Shown one piece after another: positions 28,638 through 45,500 of a DNA stretch of 64,000 bases. The stretch is from Eledone cirrhosa. Taxonomy: Eukaryota. The stretch's first letter is position 1, and every line of letters begins with the position of its first letter. Position numbers and translations under genes: made by a program. The notes beneath the pieces were generated by a model. It saw only the letters and a program-made list of their open reading frames with translations. It did no database searches and had not been told where the DNA came from. The stretch spans positions 377,580,001 through 377,644,000 of the forward strand of contig OZ024740.1 in assembly GCA_964016885.1 (NCBI GenBank). Reading direction: 5' to 3'.

Positions 28638-28639
28638 CT

Positions 28640-28680
<41 letters not shown>

Positions 28681-28757
28681 AGTATGTTGGAGTCGGTGGT
28701 TGTGTTTGTATGTGTGTGTGTGTGCATGCATTGTTATTTTCGTTCATTATTGTTCAC

Positions 28758-28942
28758 CCGGTGGATTGGCAGTATCGGTTGAGGGTCGGGCGCCATGCTT
28801 TCCAGCATAGTTACGTCCCTTTACGATCTGAGTTCAAATCCCGCCGAGGTTGACTTTGCCTTTCATCCTTACGGGGTCGATAAAATAAAGTACCAGTAAT
28901 GCACTGGGTAATTGCTGGCCTTGTGCCTAAAGTAGAAACAAT
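28758..28942 (+). mobile_element. tRNA-derived SINE, near full length (further partial copy about 29917-30037)
   Basis: A box TGGCAGTATCGG and B box GAGTTCAAATCC. Reverse complement of the 22040-22432 copies. Confidence 0.85.
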
Positions 28943-29301
28943 TATTGTTCACCGTGGTCACACTAGGACACTGGCAATGTTGTTGTGGGCATCATTCTGC
29001 TTTTGATATTTTGTGAAAGCAGGTGTTCCATATACCTCGAAATCTCCCAAAAAGTAATCTTTAAATATTGTTAAAGTGTGTTCAATAATGTCTGCTTGAA
29101 TTTTACTGAACTCAAGTTAATGCGATATTTATGTCTATCTCGAAGTGGAAGGGACAAACATGTTATCATGTAGAAGCTACCTAACTGTATAAATCGGGCG
29201 TTGACGCAGCTTTCAAGTCCAACTTTAAGATCTTCCATACATAAAGTATTGCATATATATACATATATAGAAAGAGGGGGAGAGGGGGGAGAGAGAGAGA
29301 T

Positions 29302-29910
29302 ATGGGGCCACACTTAAAATTTTCATCACCAGTCTGGAACCCCTATCTTGCTCAGAATATTGACCTCCTGGAAACTGTTCAGAGACGTGCAACCAAGCGA
29401 ATACTCTCCATCAGGCGTCTACCATACTCTGAACGCCTTGCTTCCCTGGGCATGGATACATTGAAGCTCCTGCGCCTGGCAACTGACTTGGTAAACACCC
29501 ACAAAATTATTAACCATCTTGCCAACAACAACCATGAGCACGTTTTTGAATTCCATGTGTCTAACACACGTGGGCATGCCTACAAAGTCAGAAAACAGCA
29601 CAGTTCCCATGACTTTCGGAAACATTTTTTCACGCTCAGAGTTGCTGAAGCATGGAACAAACTACCTGCATCAGTTATTAGCTGTCGAGACACTGCATCC
29701 TTTAAAACCTCCATGCTTCCTGAAATTCGCCAACACTATACCTGATACCCCCCCCCCTCCCCCGTCCATACACACGCACAAATGTATATCATGACTCATA
29801 CACTGTTCACTTTCCTGAAATTTGTACATCATGCTATATACTATACATGCACCTTTGATGAGTTGTAATGTACCTGAGCACTGTACACAACAATTTCTTT
29901 ATCATTATTA
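29302..29910 (+). mobile_element. CR1-clade LINE 3' fragment
   Basis: PHLKFSSPVWNPY...LETVQRRATK...NTRGHAYKV...RKHFFTLRVAEAWNKLP is a typical CR1 ORF2 C-terminus. Confidence 0.85.
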
Positions 29911-30247
29911 TATATATGGCCCTTGCCATTCTGAGTTCAAATCCCGCCGAGGTTAACTTTGCCTTTCATCCTTACGGGGTCGATAAAATAAAGTACCAGT
30001 AACGTACTGGGTAATTTCTGGCCTTGTAGAAACAATTATTATATATATATAGTGAGATCAGAAATAAATAACAAACGATACTTGAAAAACTATGCAAATA
30101 GCTGCTGCGAATTTATTTCTTTAGCTTAAATCATTAAGCACGTGTATATATATATATATAAGTATATATATGTGTGTGTGTGTGTGTATGTGTTGTGCGT
30201 CTGTGTGTGTGTGTGTATAAACCGATAGACAGATGGATAGATAGATA

Positions 30248-31112
30248 AATTTCTTTATTAACCACAAAGGCACAAAAGAAGGGGACAAATACAAATGGGG
30301 AGTTTACATACAGGTATATGAAAATAAAACTATTACTAAAATAACAAATAACAATTGATATCCCCAAAAGAGGGGAGGCGTTAGACGGGGGTTGTACACA
30401 CCCCGAAAAAATGTACAACCCTCATCTCCAGGAGCACCAAGAGCGAGTACTCCCTTCCTCTCTTCCTCTTTTTCCTCAACCTACAGGCTTATATAGAGAG
30501 AAGGCCCAACCACTCGGGCCATCTTTGCCACATTCACCCACCTTTTATAAAATTTGCTGAGGTACAGCACCTCTCTCTCCATCCTGATTCTTCTTCCAAA
30601 ATTATATTTGAAAAAACGAATCAGTTGCTCGCCGGAGAGAAAGGTGTCTGACCTCAGCCCTTTTAACCTCGTCCACCATATAACCTCTTTCACCATAGCC
30701 ATAACACATAGGAAAACCGCCTCTCCCTCATTTTTGAAGGAGGGTGGCGGTTTGATCATGACAATGGACTCGGTGGTCAACTGGATTGGTCCCACCCGCG
30801 ACAATAGTCGTTCTACATAGCCCCACAGGTCGGTAACGCCCGGGCAGTGTACAAATGCGTGCGCGGCGGTTTCCTCGTCGCGCATGCATCTCGGACAGAT
30901 CTTTTTCGAAGGGTCCCTACCCGGGCGCCCGTGTCTGTAGAGCTTGTCTCGAACTGGTAGAGCTCCTCGGTTGCACTGCCAGGCCAGGGACTTTTGGAAG
31001 TTGTCCATTGGTCTCGGGCGTAAGGTCCTACCGAACAGATTGACCAGTTCGTCCTCCTCTACGCCTAGAGTTTCTACGAGCGCGTCGTCGCACTTGCTGC
31101 GGCCAACCCTCT
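30248..31112 (-). mobile_element. Tx1/L1-like LINE, 5'-truncated copy with 23-bp target-site duplication
   Basis: ORF2 C-terminus (CPRCMRDEETAAHAFVHC). atagacagatggatagatagata occurs at 30225-30247 and 31113-31135. Confidence 0.9.
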
Positions 31113-31135
31113 ATAGACAGATGGATAGATAGATA

Positions 31136-34100
31136 TGTTTCTTTATTAGGCACAGGGGCACAAAAGAACGGGACAAATACAAAGGGGGAAGTTTACATAC
31201 AATAAAAACATGTAAAATACTATCACAAATACAATTTAAAAGTTAATCGATTTTCCCCAATAGAGGGAGACATTACATATGGGTAACACATACCCCGAAA
31301 AAATATGCAACCCTCATCTCGAGGAGTACGAAGAGTTTGTACCCCTTTCCTCTCCTCCCCTTTTTCCTCAACCTACAGGCTGATATAGAGAGAATGCCCA
31401 TTCACTCGAGCCATTCTCGCCACTTTCACCCACCTTTCATAAAACTTGCTGAGGTACAGCACCTCTCTCTCCATCCTGATTCTTCTTCTAAAGTGGTATT
31501 TGAAAAAAAGAATCAGTTGTTGGCCGGAGAGAAAGGTGTCTGACCTCAGCCCTTTCAACCTCGTCCACCATACAACCTCTTTCGCCATAGCTATCACACA
31601 AAGGAAAACCGCCTCTCCTTCGTTTTTGAAGGAGGGTGGCGGTTTGATAATGACAATGGACTCGGTGGTCAACCGGATTGGTCCCACCCGCGACAATAGT
31701 CGTTCTACATAGCCCCACAGGTCGGTAACGCCCGAGCAATGTATGAATGCGTTCGCGACGGTTTCTTCGTCTCGCACGCACCTCGGACAGATCTTTTTCG
31801 AAGGGTCCCGCCCGGGCGCCCATGTCTGTAGAGCTTGTCTCTAACTGGTAGAGCTCCTCGGTAGCACTGCCAGGCCAGGGACTTTTGGAAGTTGTCCATC
31901 AGTCCCGAGCGGAAGGTCCTACCGAACAGACTGGCCAGTTCGTCTTCCTCTACGCCTAGAGTTTCACCGAGCGCGTCGTCGCACTTGCTGCGGATCAAAC
32001 CTCTATAGAATGACGAAGTGGAGTCTCTACTGATCGCCGGGCCCGCCTGCCTGTGAGCGCCTGAGTACATTCGATGTGCCAGTCGCCCATTTTCCTCGGT
32101 CTTTGCTTGACCCAGGACTGCAGCTCGGTCAGCGAGACGAGTCGTGGGAAGGCTCGCCTCACGAACGGGGCCCACACCGGTTGTCCGGTGAGGAATACGT
32201 AGAGATGCCGCAGCCTGAGCGCGTGTTTGCGCATCGTCAGCCACGGCATCCCAGCCCTCCGTTGGAAGGCTGTTGGCAGCAGATGGATCTTCTCACCAAA
32301 GGAGCCCGCCTCCTCCAAAGGAATTGGAAGAGCGCGCGCTCCATTTTGGTGAGCGTTTTGGCTGGACAAGGCACGACGGTCAAGCGGTAGTAGATGGAGG
32401 ACGCTATAAAAGTGTTCGCCACCTCCGCTCGACCTTTCAAGGATAGTTTGCACTAGGCCCACTTCTGGGTGAGTGCAAACACCTTCGCCGTCACCTCATT
32501 CCAGTTCTTCTCCACCTGGAGGTCCGGACCAAACCAGACCCCGAGCAGCTTTACCGGTCCTTCCGTCCAGCGTCCGACGACGCCATCGGAAGGCATCGGT
32601 TTGCCTCTCCACGATCCGAGTTGCAAACCGATGGACTTGTGCCGGTTCAGCTTCGCTCCTGTGAACCTTTCGTATTCCTTCAGTAAGGTGCCGACACCGT
32701 TACTCTCACGTCGTCGGCGTAGGCCGGCGATGCTTTCCGCAGTCCCGGTTCAAGAGGGATGCCCTGCAATAGCTCCAACTTCCGCAGTAGTGGCTCGAGA
32801 GTCAGTACGTACGGAAGGGAGGAGAGAGGGCATCCCTGTCGAATGGATCGCGTGATATGGAACGGCTCCGAGAGGTAGCCGTTCATCTTGGCCCTTGACC
32901 AGATGTTGCTGTTGTGCATTGCAGCAATCCAGCCCCTGAACACGGGTCCGAAGCCTGCCTCCTCGAGTACCGCATCCAGGTAACGATGGTCAACCCTATC
33001 GAAAGCCTTAGACTGATCCAAGTTGACCAGGGCCCCACCGAAGCCGGGTTTACACCCTACCCTCTCTATGATGTATCGCATGAGGTGGAAGTTGTCGTGT
33101 ATGGACCTGGTCGGGATTGCGCATGTCTGCGATTCTCCGACCAGGTTCTCGACGACAAGCGCCAGCCTCTTTGCTAACACCTTGGCTAAAATCTGTAACT
33201 CTGTGTTTAGCAGAGTTATGGCCGGAAGTTGCCTATGTCATCCCCCTTATTCTCGCCCTTCCTGATTATTGTGACTACGCCCCCGGTCACAGAACTGGGA
33301 ATTCTCCCGTTCTGCTGCCAGTTGCAGTAGACCGCTTCCAGGAGACCGGAGAATAAGTCCGGCATTGCTACGTAAAATTCGTAGGGTAGACCGTCGAGAC
33401 CTGGAGATTTGCGTTTGCCGCATTGGCTCAGCGCGTCCCCCATCTCAGCGACTGAAATCGGCTTTTCGCAGAAATTCGCCTCGCTGTCCGAAAGTCGCGG
33501 TAGGCCGTCGAGGTATGGACCGAAATCCATAGTCCCTCCCGGCGCGCCGCCCTTCCCGAACAGTTGAGCAAAGTGCTGCTGAAAGGCCGCACACATCTGC
33601 TTCGGCTCACGTATCAGGCGTCCGTATTGGTCCTTCAAAGACCGAATCGTGGACTTGTTGCCACTTTTTGCCTCCGTCACTCGGGCCCAGCTAACAGATT
33701 GGCTCCCTCGTTTCCCAGAGCACGTATTTTGCTTCTGACAACGCAGCCCTCGTGCTTTGCGTCTAAGAACTGGTCCAAGGCCGTTCTCGTTGCTAGCACG
33801 CTGGCTACGTTGCTACTTCTAATTTCCTCTTCTACTTTATCTACCAGTTCCTTCTAAGTCCTATTTCTATCTAACGCTAATTCTTTACTAAAAACTAACG
33901 AGTCTAATCTAACTGCCCTCTTGAGAGAATACCACCATCTGTTGTTGACAATGGCCCCTGTCAAGTACTGTTTAACTAAAATGCTAATCCGTCTACTGTA
34001 GGCTTTGCATGTTGGTAAAGACAAGTTCAGCTTCCAGTAGCCGGGTACTTGTCTACGGGTTCTATCAAGGTTGACCATGCAGGTCACTAGTTTGTGATCT

Positions 34101-36905
34101 GAATAGGCAACCATGAACATCTGTGGACAGCTTAACATGTCCCTATCCTTATTTCTAACTAGAACCCTATCTAGGTACGATCTAGATGTTCCGCTGAGAT
34201 TAGTCCACGTCTACAGTGGCACAGTCGGAAAATCTAGTCGATATCTATCGGCCAGGTCAAATCGGCCGATTAACTGTTTGAGGCTGTTACACACACACCC
34301 CCTTTATCGGGACATGCTCCCACATAGTCCCAACGTGCATCTAGGATTCCATTCCAGTCCCCCACTAAAAGCAAGGAGCGGGAAGTTCCCAGAAAAGTCT
34401 CTAGACGTTTGAAGAAGTCTGGCCGCGGTGTCTCGGATGGGGCATATGCGGCCACCAGCCTGAAGGCTCCACCTTCACTACCGTCAACGTCTAGGGCCAC
34501 CAGTCGACCCTCCGGGTCCAGATGTACCGTCTGTGTTACGAGGCCCAGGTGTTTCCGCAGCAAAACGACAACCCCGCCCCCACTCCCCGGCTGACAGAGA
34601 GATGCGTAGATCTCAAAGTCATCGAAGATGGGGGCCAGCTGTCGCTTGCTGTGGATCCTGGACTCGCAAATGGCTACTACATCCATACTGTGCGACCTGA
34701 GGTCTTTTGAGAGTTTGCCCTGTTTCCAGGGCATCCCCATGCCGCGTACATTCACCCATCCAACTCTTATATTGGCCATGTTGGTTCTGAAAATTTTAAA
34801 GAAGAGAAGAAAACACTCACCCTTTCGTCTCCCGGGGATCAGGCCGCACGATTTCCATGGGGGGTTGGAGGGGTTATCTGGGTGGTGGGTGGTGGTTTCC
34901 GGCGGGGTGGGGACGGAGATGTTTGGTGGGGAGGGGTGTCTGATGGGGTGGGGGTGTCTGGGGTGAGGGTGGGGAAACTTTTTAAAAGGACGCGGTTAAT
35001 GGGTTTAACACAAGCATTACCCACGTCCTTAGGAAAGTTTTCCTTTAAAGACTTATAGGTATCCGTAGGGACCCTAATCATCTTTAAATGTCTACACAGT
35101 TCGTAAAAGTTTTCCCTTCGGTTTTCACCGAAGGGTCGTTGGAGATGACCTCCATTAAAGTTTTGTTTTTACTTTTTATGTATGTGTAATGTTCTTGTTG
35201 TGTTGCGGTGGTTTTTGTCTGTTGTTCTTGTGGGAGCTTTCGTTTTGTTGTAGGTGTTTGTGTTTAGAGTGATGTCGTGGTTTTGTTTTCGGGAGGGGGG
35301 GTTGTAATGTTTGTGTTGTTTGTGTTGGTGGTTGTATGTTTGTTGTTTTTTCTTCTTGTGGTGTTTTTTCTTCTTTCTTTTCGAACGGAGAGGCTCTCCC
35401 TCATCGTCATTTGGTGATGATGAGGGGGCCTCGTCCGTTGTGGTGTCTGTGTTATTTGGAAGGGGTATGTTTTGGGGAGCTGTTGTGTTTGTGGGTGTTT
35501 TGCAGTGGTTTTAGGTGGAGTGGGGTTGGGTGGGACTGTGCTTGCAAGTTGGTTTGTTGTTCTTGTTTTGGTTATGTTTGCGTGTTGTTGTTGTTGTGGT
35601 GGTGGTGGTGGTGGTGGTGGTGGTTGTGTTGTTGTTTTGGGTGTTGGCAGTAGTGCCTCTTTTTTTTGTAGTTAACTGAGAACAGTAAGACTTCAGGTGA
35701 CCACTGCTTAAACAGTGGTAACATGAAGGCCGCCTACCCTGAACAGAAATGTTTATGTGTGAAATTCCATCCAGAGGCACACGTTGGGGTATTTTAGTTA
35801 TCCGTTCTGGTCTCATTTGGACCAGAACTTCCATGCTTGTACCATTGAATGTGCCTCTGGAGGACTTTCCCACCGAAATGGTGGTGTATTCGCCGAAATC
35901 GATGTAGCCAGTTAAAATCCACCAGACGTTTACATTTGGTGCAATGTTCGAAATTTTTATCTTTTGTGTCGTTTTCCCATATATGTGGGGAAAAGGGTGT
36001 AAAGAGGGGACACAATCGGCGATACAGAATATTTTTGTGCCATCAATTGGTCTTTCAACAACACCGAAATGCTTCCAAAAAGTTTCCCTTTATGGATGAA
36101 GGCAATATCCTTCATGGAATTCTTCAGAACCAGTTCAATGTCGTTTTGGGATAATTGATCTGGTTTTTTTGACACATTTGAAACCGTCCTAAAAATTACT
36201 GTTTTTAGAACAGTTTCTCTGCATAACTGTTGAGGAGAAATGATGCTGAAAGCACCACTCTCACCAAAAGTTACATACAGTTTTGCATCGCTTAACATTT
36301 CCCTAGTATTAGAAATGTCAAGGTATGTGAACAGTTCCGTCTTTTGGACGGTTTGAGCAAAGGAAATATTTTCCTTGTTCGTGGAGTTGTTCGTGTTGCT
36401 GTTGTTGTTGGTGGTGTTGTTGTTATCATTGTTGCTGTTGTTGTTCATGTTGTCATTATTGTTGTTGTTGTTGTTGTTCTGGTTGGTGTTGTTTATATTT
36501 TGCATGTTATTGGTGTTTGTGTTAGTGTTGATGTTACAATCAACGTCCGACATCGTGTTTTCAAAACTGACGACATTTTCGATGTCTTTCAATGAGGTGG
36601 TGAGAGGAGGTGACTGCGAGCTTAACACTCTTACCGCCTCTATACCACTTCTAGTACTGAACGCAGCGTCCATGACTGAATGCAAGATTTGTTTACAATT
36701 TTTTCACCGACGAAATTTTTTCCAAACGAAAATTTCACCCCAGGGAGGGGTGAAGATGACTTGACCCACCGTCTGAAAGTCCAGACGTGGGGTCAAGCTA
36801 TAAAATAGTATTAAATTTAACAATAAATGTTTGATTTCTTACTTAAAAAATCAACAAAAACTTACCAGCGAACTGGCACACGTCTCAAGTAAAACAGTAG
36901 ATAGT
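31136..36905 (-). mobile_element. Tx1/L1-like LINE, full length, frameshifted
   Basis: ORF1 (36685 onward, CYHCLSSGHLKSYC). ORF2 APE starts 34779 (VGWVNVRG, ICESR, GDWN, SDHK), with RT YADD and a C-terminal zinc motif. Confidence 0.92.
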
Positions 36906-36926
36906 CTGTATAAAAATGGATAGATA

Positions 36927-40955
<4,029 letters not shown>

Positions 40956-41079
40956 CTGATTTTTTACCAACAATTATAAGCACAATGCATTAGCTCAAGG
41001 TATTTAGATGAGAAATAAATAAACGATACTTGTAAAACTATGTAAACACCTGCTGTGTATTTATTTCTTCAACATAAAT

Positions 41080-41141
<62 letters not shown>

Positions 41142-41546
41142 ATATAGTTAAAAGAATAGAGGTGTAACACACAAGTTATTACATATTGGTAAACGGAATA
41201 GAAAATGCTAAAAAATAGTTTAATTAGGAATAAATGAGAATTAGTAATTGTATTGGTTAGTATTCAGTGTTGGTTTTAAGTTTTACCGGTTGCGCATTTC
41301 TAAATGCTTTTCAAAAATAATTTTGAGATAGAGCGTCCGTGATCTTTGCTCTGATCTGATTGGTTTTGGGAATTCTACCTGTTTTTATGTTAAAAAGTGG
41401 CTCCAACGCTATTAAAATTGGTTTTTGCGCCAATTCGTGTTGCAAAAATTCTTGTGGTCAAAACAATTCTGATTGGTCGGTAGAGGTCATGTGAATGTAA
41501 AAAATTGATTTTGCGCCAAGACTGAGAAATGACTCTTTCACAACAA

Positions 41547-41582
<36 letters not shown>

Positions 41583-41671
41583 TAGTAGTAAAGTGTTCGT
41601 TGTTGTGATAATGGTTAGCAGGGATGTGTGTGAGAACCGCAGCCTGTTGACAGTTCAAATGCCTATTAAGA

Positions 41672-41705
<34 letters not shown>

Positions 41706-41813
41706 GCAGAGTAATTCGTGGTAGAGGGATGGTCAGTAGGAATGTGTCTGTAAGTGAGTGGGGGATATTTTAACATGTTAAGAGATATTTTTCAGCTCTT
41801 GTCTTATACGGAG

Positions 41814-41880
<67 letters not shown>

Positions 41881-41922
41881 AGTCTCTTTGTATGTTAATG
41901 TACGCGTGTGTCTGTGTGTGTG

Positions 41923-41962
<40 letters not shown>

Positions 41963-42500
41963 GACCAGTATTTTTTTCCCTTGGTAAAATGGTGTACATT
42001 ATTCGATATTTTCAGTAAAATCGATTCTCTCAATAGAACATCAAGAACCTTAACAATAAAAGGTGTGAAATGATATTCACTATATATATATACACACATA
42101 TATTCACTATATATATATATATATATATACTAGACTACTCGTGACCCGTTGGGTCACCAATATTTCAAAGTACACGAAAAAACTGCATATCTGAGGCTAC
42201 CGTGGTCCGATTTACGTGAAACTTCTCTTTTCGCAGTATTATTCACAAGTATTTTCACAAAGAAAATATCAAGCCATTTTTCACTAATAGCTCTCCTTTC
42301 ACTCCACATCAAATTCTTTTTTCCGTATCTCTTTCGATGTTTGACTGTTTGTTCTGAAAGATTTTTCTGCTTAAAAAGTTGCAAAGTTAATGAAAGACTG
42401 GTTTTATTTACAAAAATTTGGAAGAAATTATTCTTACTTGTTAGCTTTAATTATCCTTTCATTTTCTGACGTTAGAATTAATATTTTATCATATTTATGT

Positions 42501-45500
42501 TTACAGTTTGTTCAAAAGAATGCTTTTGATGACAACATTCTTAGTCGACTGGGTGTCTTTCAGAAACACTCGGACATTTTCTTTTCGTTTTCCGCGGGTA
42601 AGGGCGACATAGAGTTGACCGTGTTGGAATACAGGTCGTTCCAGATAAACTAACACATTTTCCATAGTTTGTCCTTGTGCTTTATGAATAGTCATAGCGA
42701 AGCACGATTGAACTGGAAATTGACTTCGCTGCAAAGGGATATCCTCACCTTCGGATAGATTAATTGTTATTCTAGGTATCATAACAATCTCATTTTTGAA
42801 AGCAGCACTGTTGATTCTTGCTACTATGAGATTGTTATGCAGATATTCCACGATCATGCGTGTTCCATTACAAAGCCTTGGAGGATTCAAGTTTCTCATT
42901 AGAATTATTAGTGATCCTTTTTTCAATCCCAGGTTATGTGGTGGCAGTCCTGATAGTTCAACCGAATCAAGGAATTCAGTCGGGAAATCAGTGGCATTGG
43001 CACCATCACTCACATAATTATAGGATCGGTACTCTTTTATGGTTCCAGGGAAGCGTCTGATACAGGTGGAATTGATGCTTCTCATCATTTCATTGAGAGG
43101 TACTAAGATGCAATTGTTTGAAAACATTTCAGTTGGATTGTCGAATGAGGGGTAGATGAAATCAATACATTCTTCCATTGTTGTTGCTTGGAGAATCATT
43201 TCTTTTGGAAAAATAATTTCCGCATTTTCATTTTTTGGGATCTTATCTTCTCCAATATCCAATAGGAACTCTGAATAGTCTCCTGCTCCCTCACACAATC
43301 GCATGTTTGTCTTCAAATGAAATATTTTAAAGCTTCGCCATAAGTAGGATTTTTTAATGCAGGCATTTTCCACATCTGCTTCATTTCCTCTTTTCACTAC
43401 CGGAAGAAGTTGACGGAAATCTCCACAGCAAATTGTCAAAATTCCACCGAATGCCTCATTGTTGTCGCATATGTCACGCAGAGTAAGGTCAACAGCTTCG
43501 AAGCTTTCCCTCCGAATCATAGGACACTCGTCCCAAACAATCACCCTTGTATGCTGGAATAGGTTTGCCGTCTTTGAGTTTTTATCAATGTTGCACAGAC
43601 CATTTTCTTTCACTGCTATTGGTATTTTGAACGTAGAATGCGCCGTTCTTCCACCAGACATCAGTGTTGCCGCAATGTCAGATGACGCAACAGCAATAGC
43701 CACATCGCCGTTTCCCCTAACTTTTGAAAGGATTAAGTTAAGCAAGAATGTCTTTCCTGTTCCACCTGGAGCGTCAATGAAAATCAATGCAGATGTGTTC
43801 CTCTCTAAACTGTTACAAATGAAGTCGTACACATGTTTTTGGTCACTATTCAATAAAGGTTCCCTTTCTTCTACAAATTGTCGCTGTTCTTCTTTGTTGT
43901 ATTGCAATTCATGCAATAACTCCAAATTGCCAATATCCTGATTAGCGACAATATTATTTGGCATTGGCAAGTAAAGTCACTAAGACTTTTGCCCAGGTTG
44001 TTAAGTTTGTCTTCAAAATACAGAAGACATTGATTATAATGTCTCTCGCTAATCAAAAGGTTCTTGTAGCTCTTTTTTCTATCTGAAGGTAATCCTCAGA
44101 CAGCGAATTCTTAAATCGAGCCCATAAAGCATTGGAATTGTCAATTTCTGTATTTGTGAGGAGCACGATGAATAGATATCTCATGGCTTTGGGAAGCCTT
44201 GTTCGCTCAGCATCTTCCAGAGTCTGCTGCCAATGATCATCTGATTGAAGCAAACCTTTCTCTCTGCAAACGTCTTTGAATAATGGCAGGAGTTCTCCAT
44301 CACACATTTTCAAAGAGTTGAAAGATACTGGTCCTTTGACGTGATGCAGAAGGAGTCTTAAATAATATAGGTCACCACTTCGTGGGGAAACAGTGTACAC
44401 TCGTCCCAAAACGTTCGCCTCAAAAGTTCCTGGATACTGCTCAACTGTTTTCCCCACCTTCCTCCTTTCCCATCTCTTATTATTCCATGTGTAAAACTTT
44501 GGTACATCGGCATAATACAATGTTTTTGTAAACGGATCGCGAGTGCAAAGATCCATGAACTCAGTCAGAGTTGTCTTAGCCATGTTATTGTTTACTTTAA
44601 CAGCAGCATTGACCCGAAAGAAGATTTGATTTTTCTCAGGTAGATGAACTTGAAGGCGAACTACGGTCGGTTCCCTCTCATGAATTGGAAATCCAAGTAC
44701 CGAGGCAACAGCTTCTGAAGGACCGATATATCTTCCTGTTAAATACTGTGTTATCTCATCTTCCCTGTTCACTCCAAACATTGTCTGATCACTTCCCTTC
44801 ATGGTATATTTTATAACGTATTTGATCGATTTCACGGAAGAGCATATCTCTACATTTAGGTGGCAGTTGAACAGTTTTAATAGTTTCATATTGTAGGGAA
44901 CCACCCATTCTGAAATTATATTTTGGCTTTCCTTTCTTTCTTGGTGCCCTTCAAATCCTCCCATTTCAGGAGACCGTCTTCTGTACACAGGATAAGAGTC
45001 CCCTCCACACAATGTATGTTCAACAAAAGGCTTAGGGTACCGCTTACTGCATGTTCCATCTTTCCAACACGGTGAATTGTTAGAGCAATTCGAACCATGG
45101 ATCATGTGCTTCAGCACCAATTTATGACCCTCTGGATCTTTGTTTGGATCTGGTATTTCGGCTTGAACGAATTTATCATATTCCTGTGGTCTGGGCTTGG
45201 TGGCTTCATTGAGCCATAACAAACAGTGCACATGAGGAAAACCTGGCTTTTGATATTCGACTGTCAGCACGTAAGCAATGCAGTTGCCAAATAAGCCATC
45301 TACTCCAGTAAGATACTTTCTGAACAGTTTCCGTTTCAGGTCAAATACTCTGGCAATTAAATCTGGCCTGTCGTGTGGCTTCTGATTCAGGAAGAGGTTT
45401 TGCCGGATTTCGGGCCAGTTTGGATTGCATGTCATTGTGATGAACAACGAAGCATTGCCGTACTTCCGTATGTACATCATGGCATCCTGGCATCGCTCCA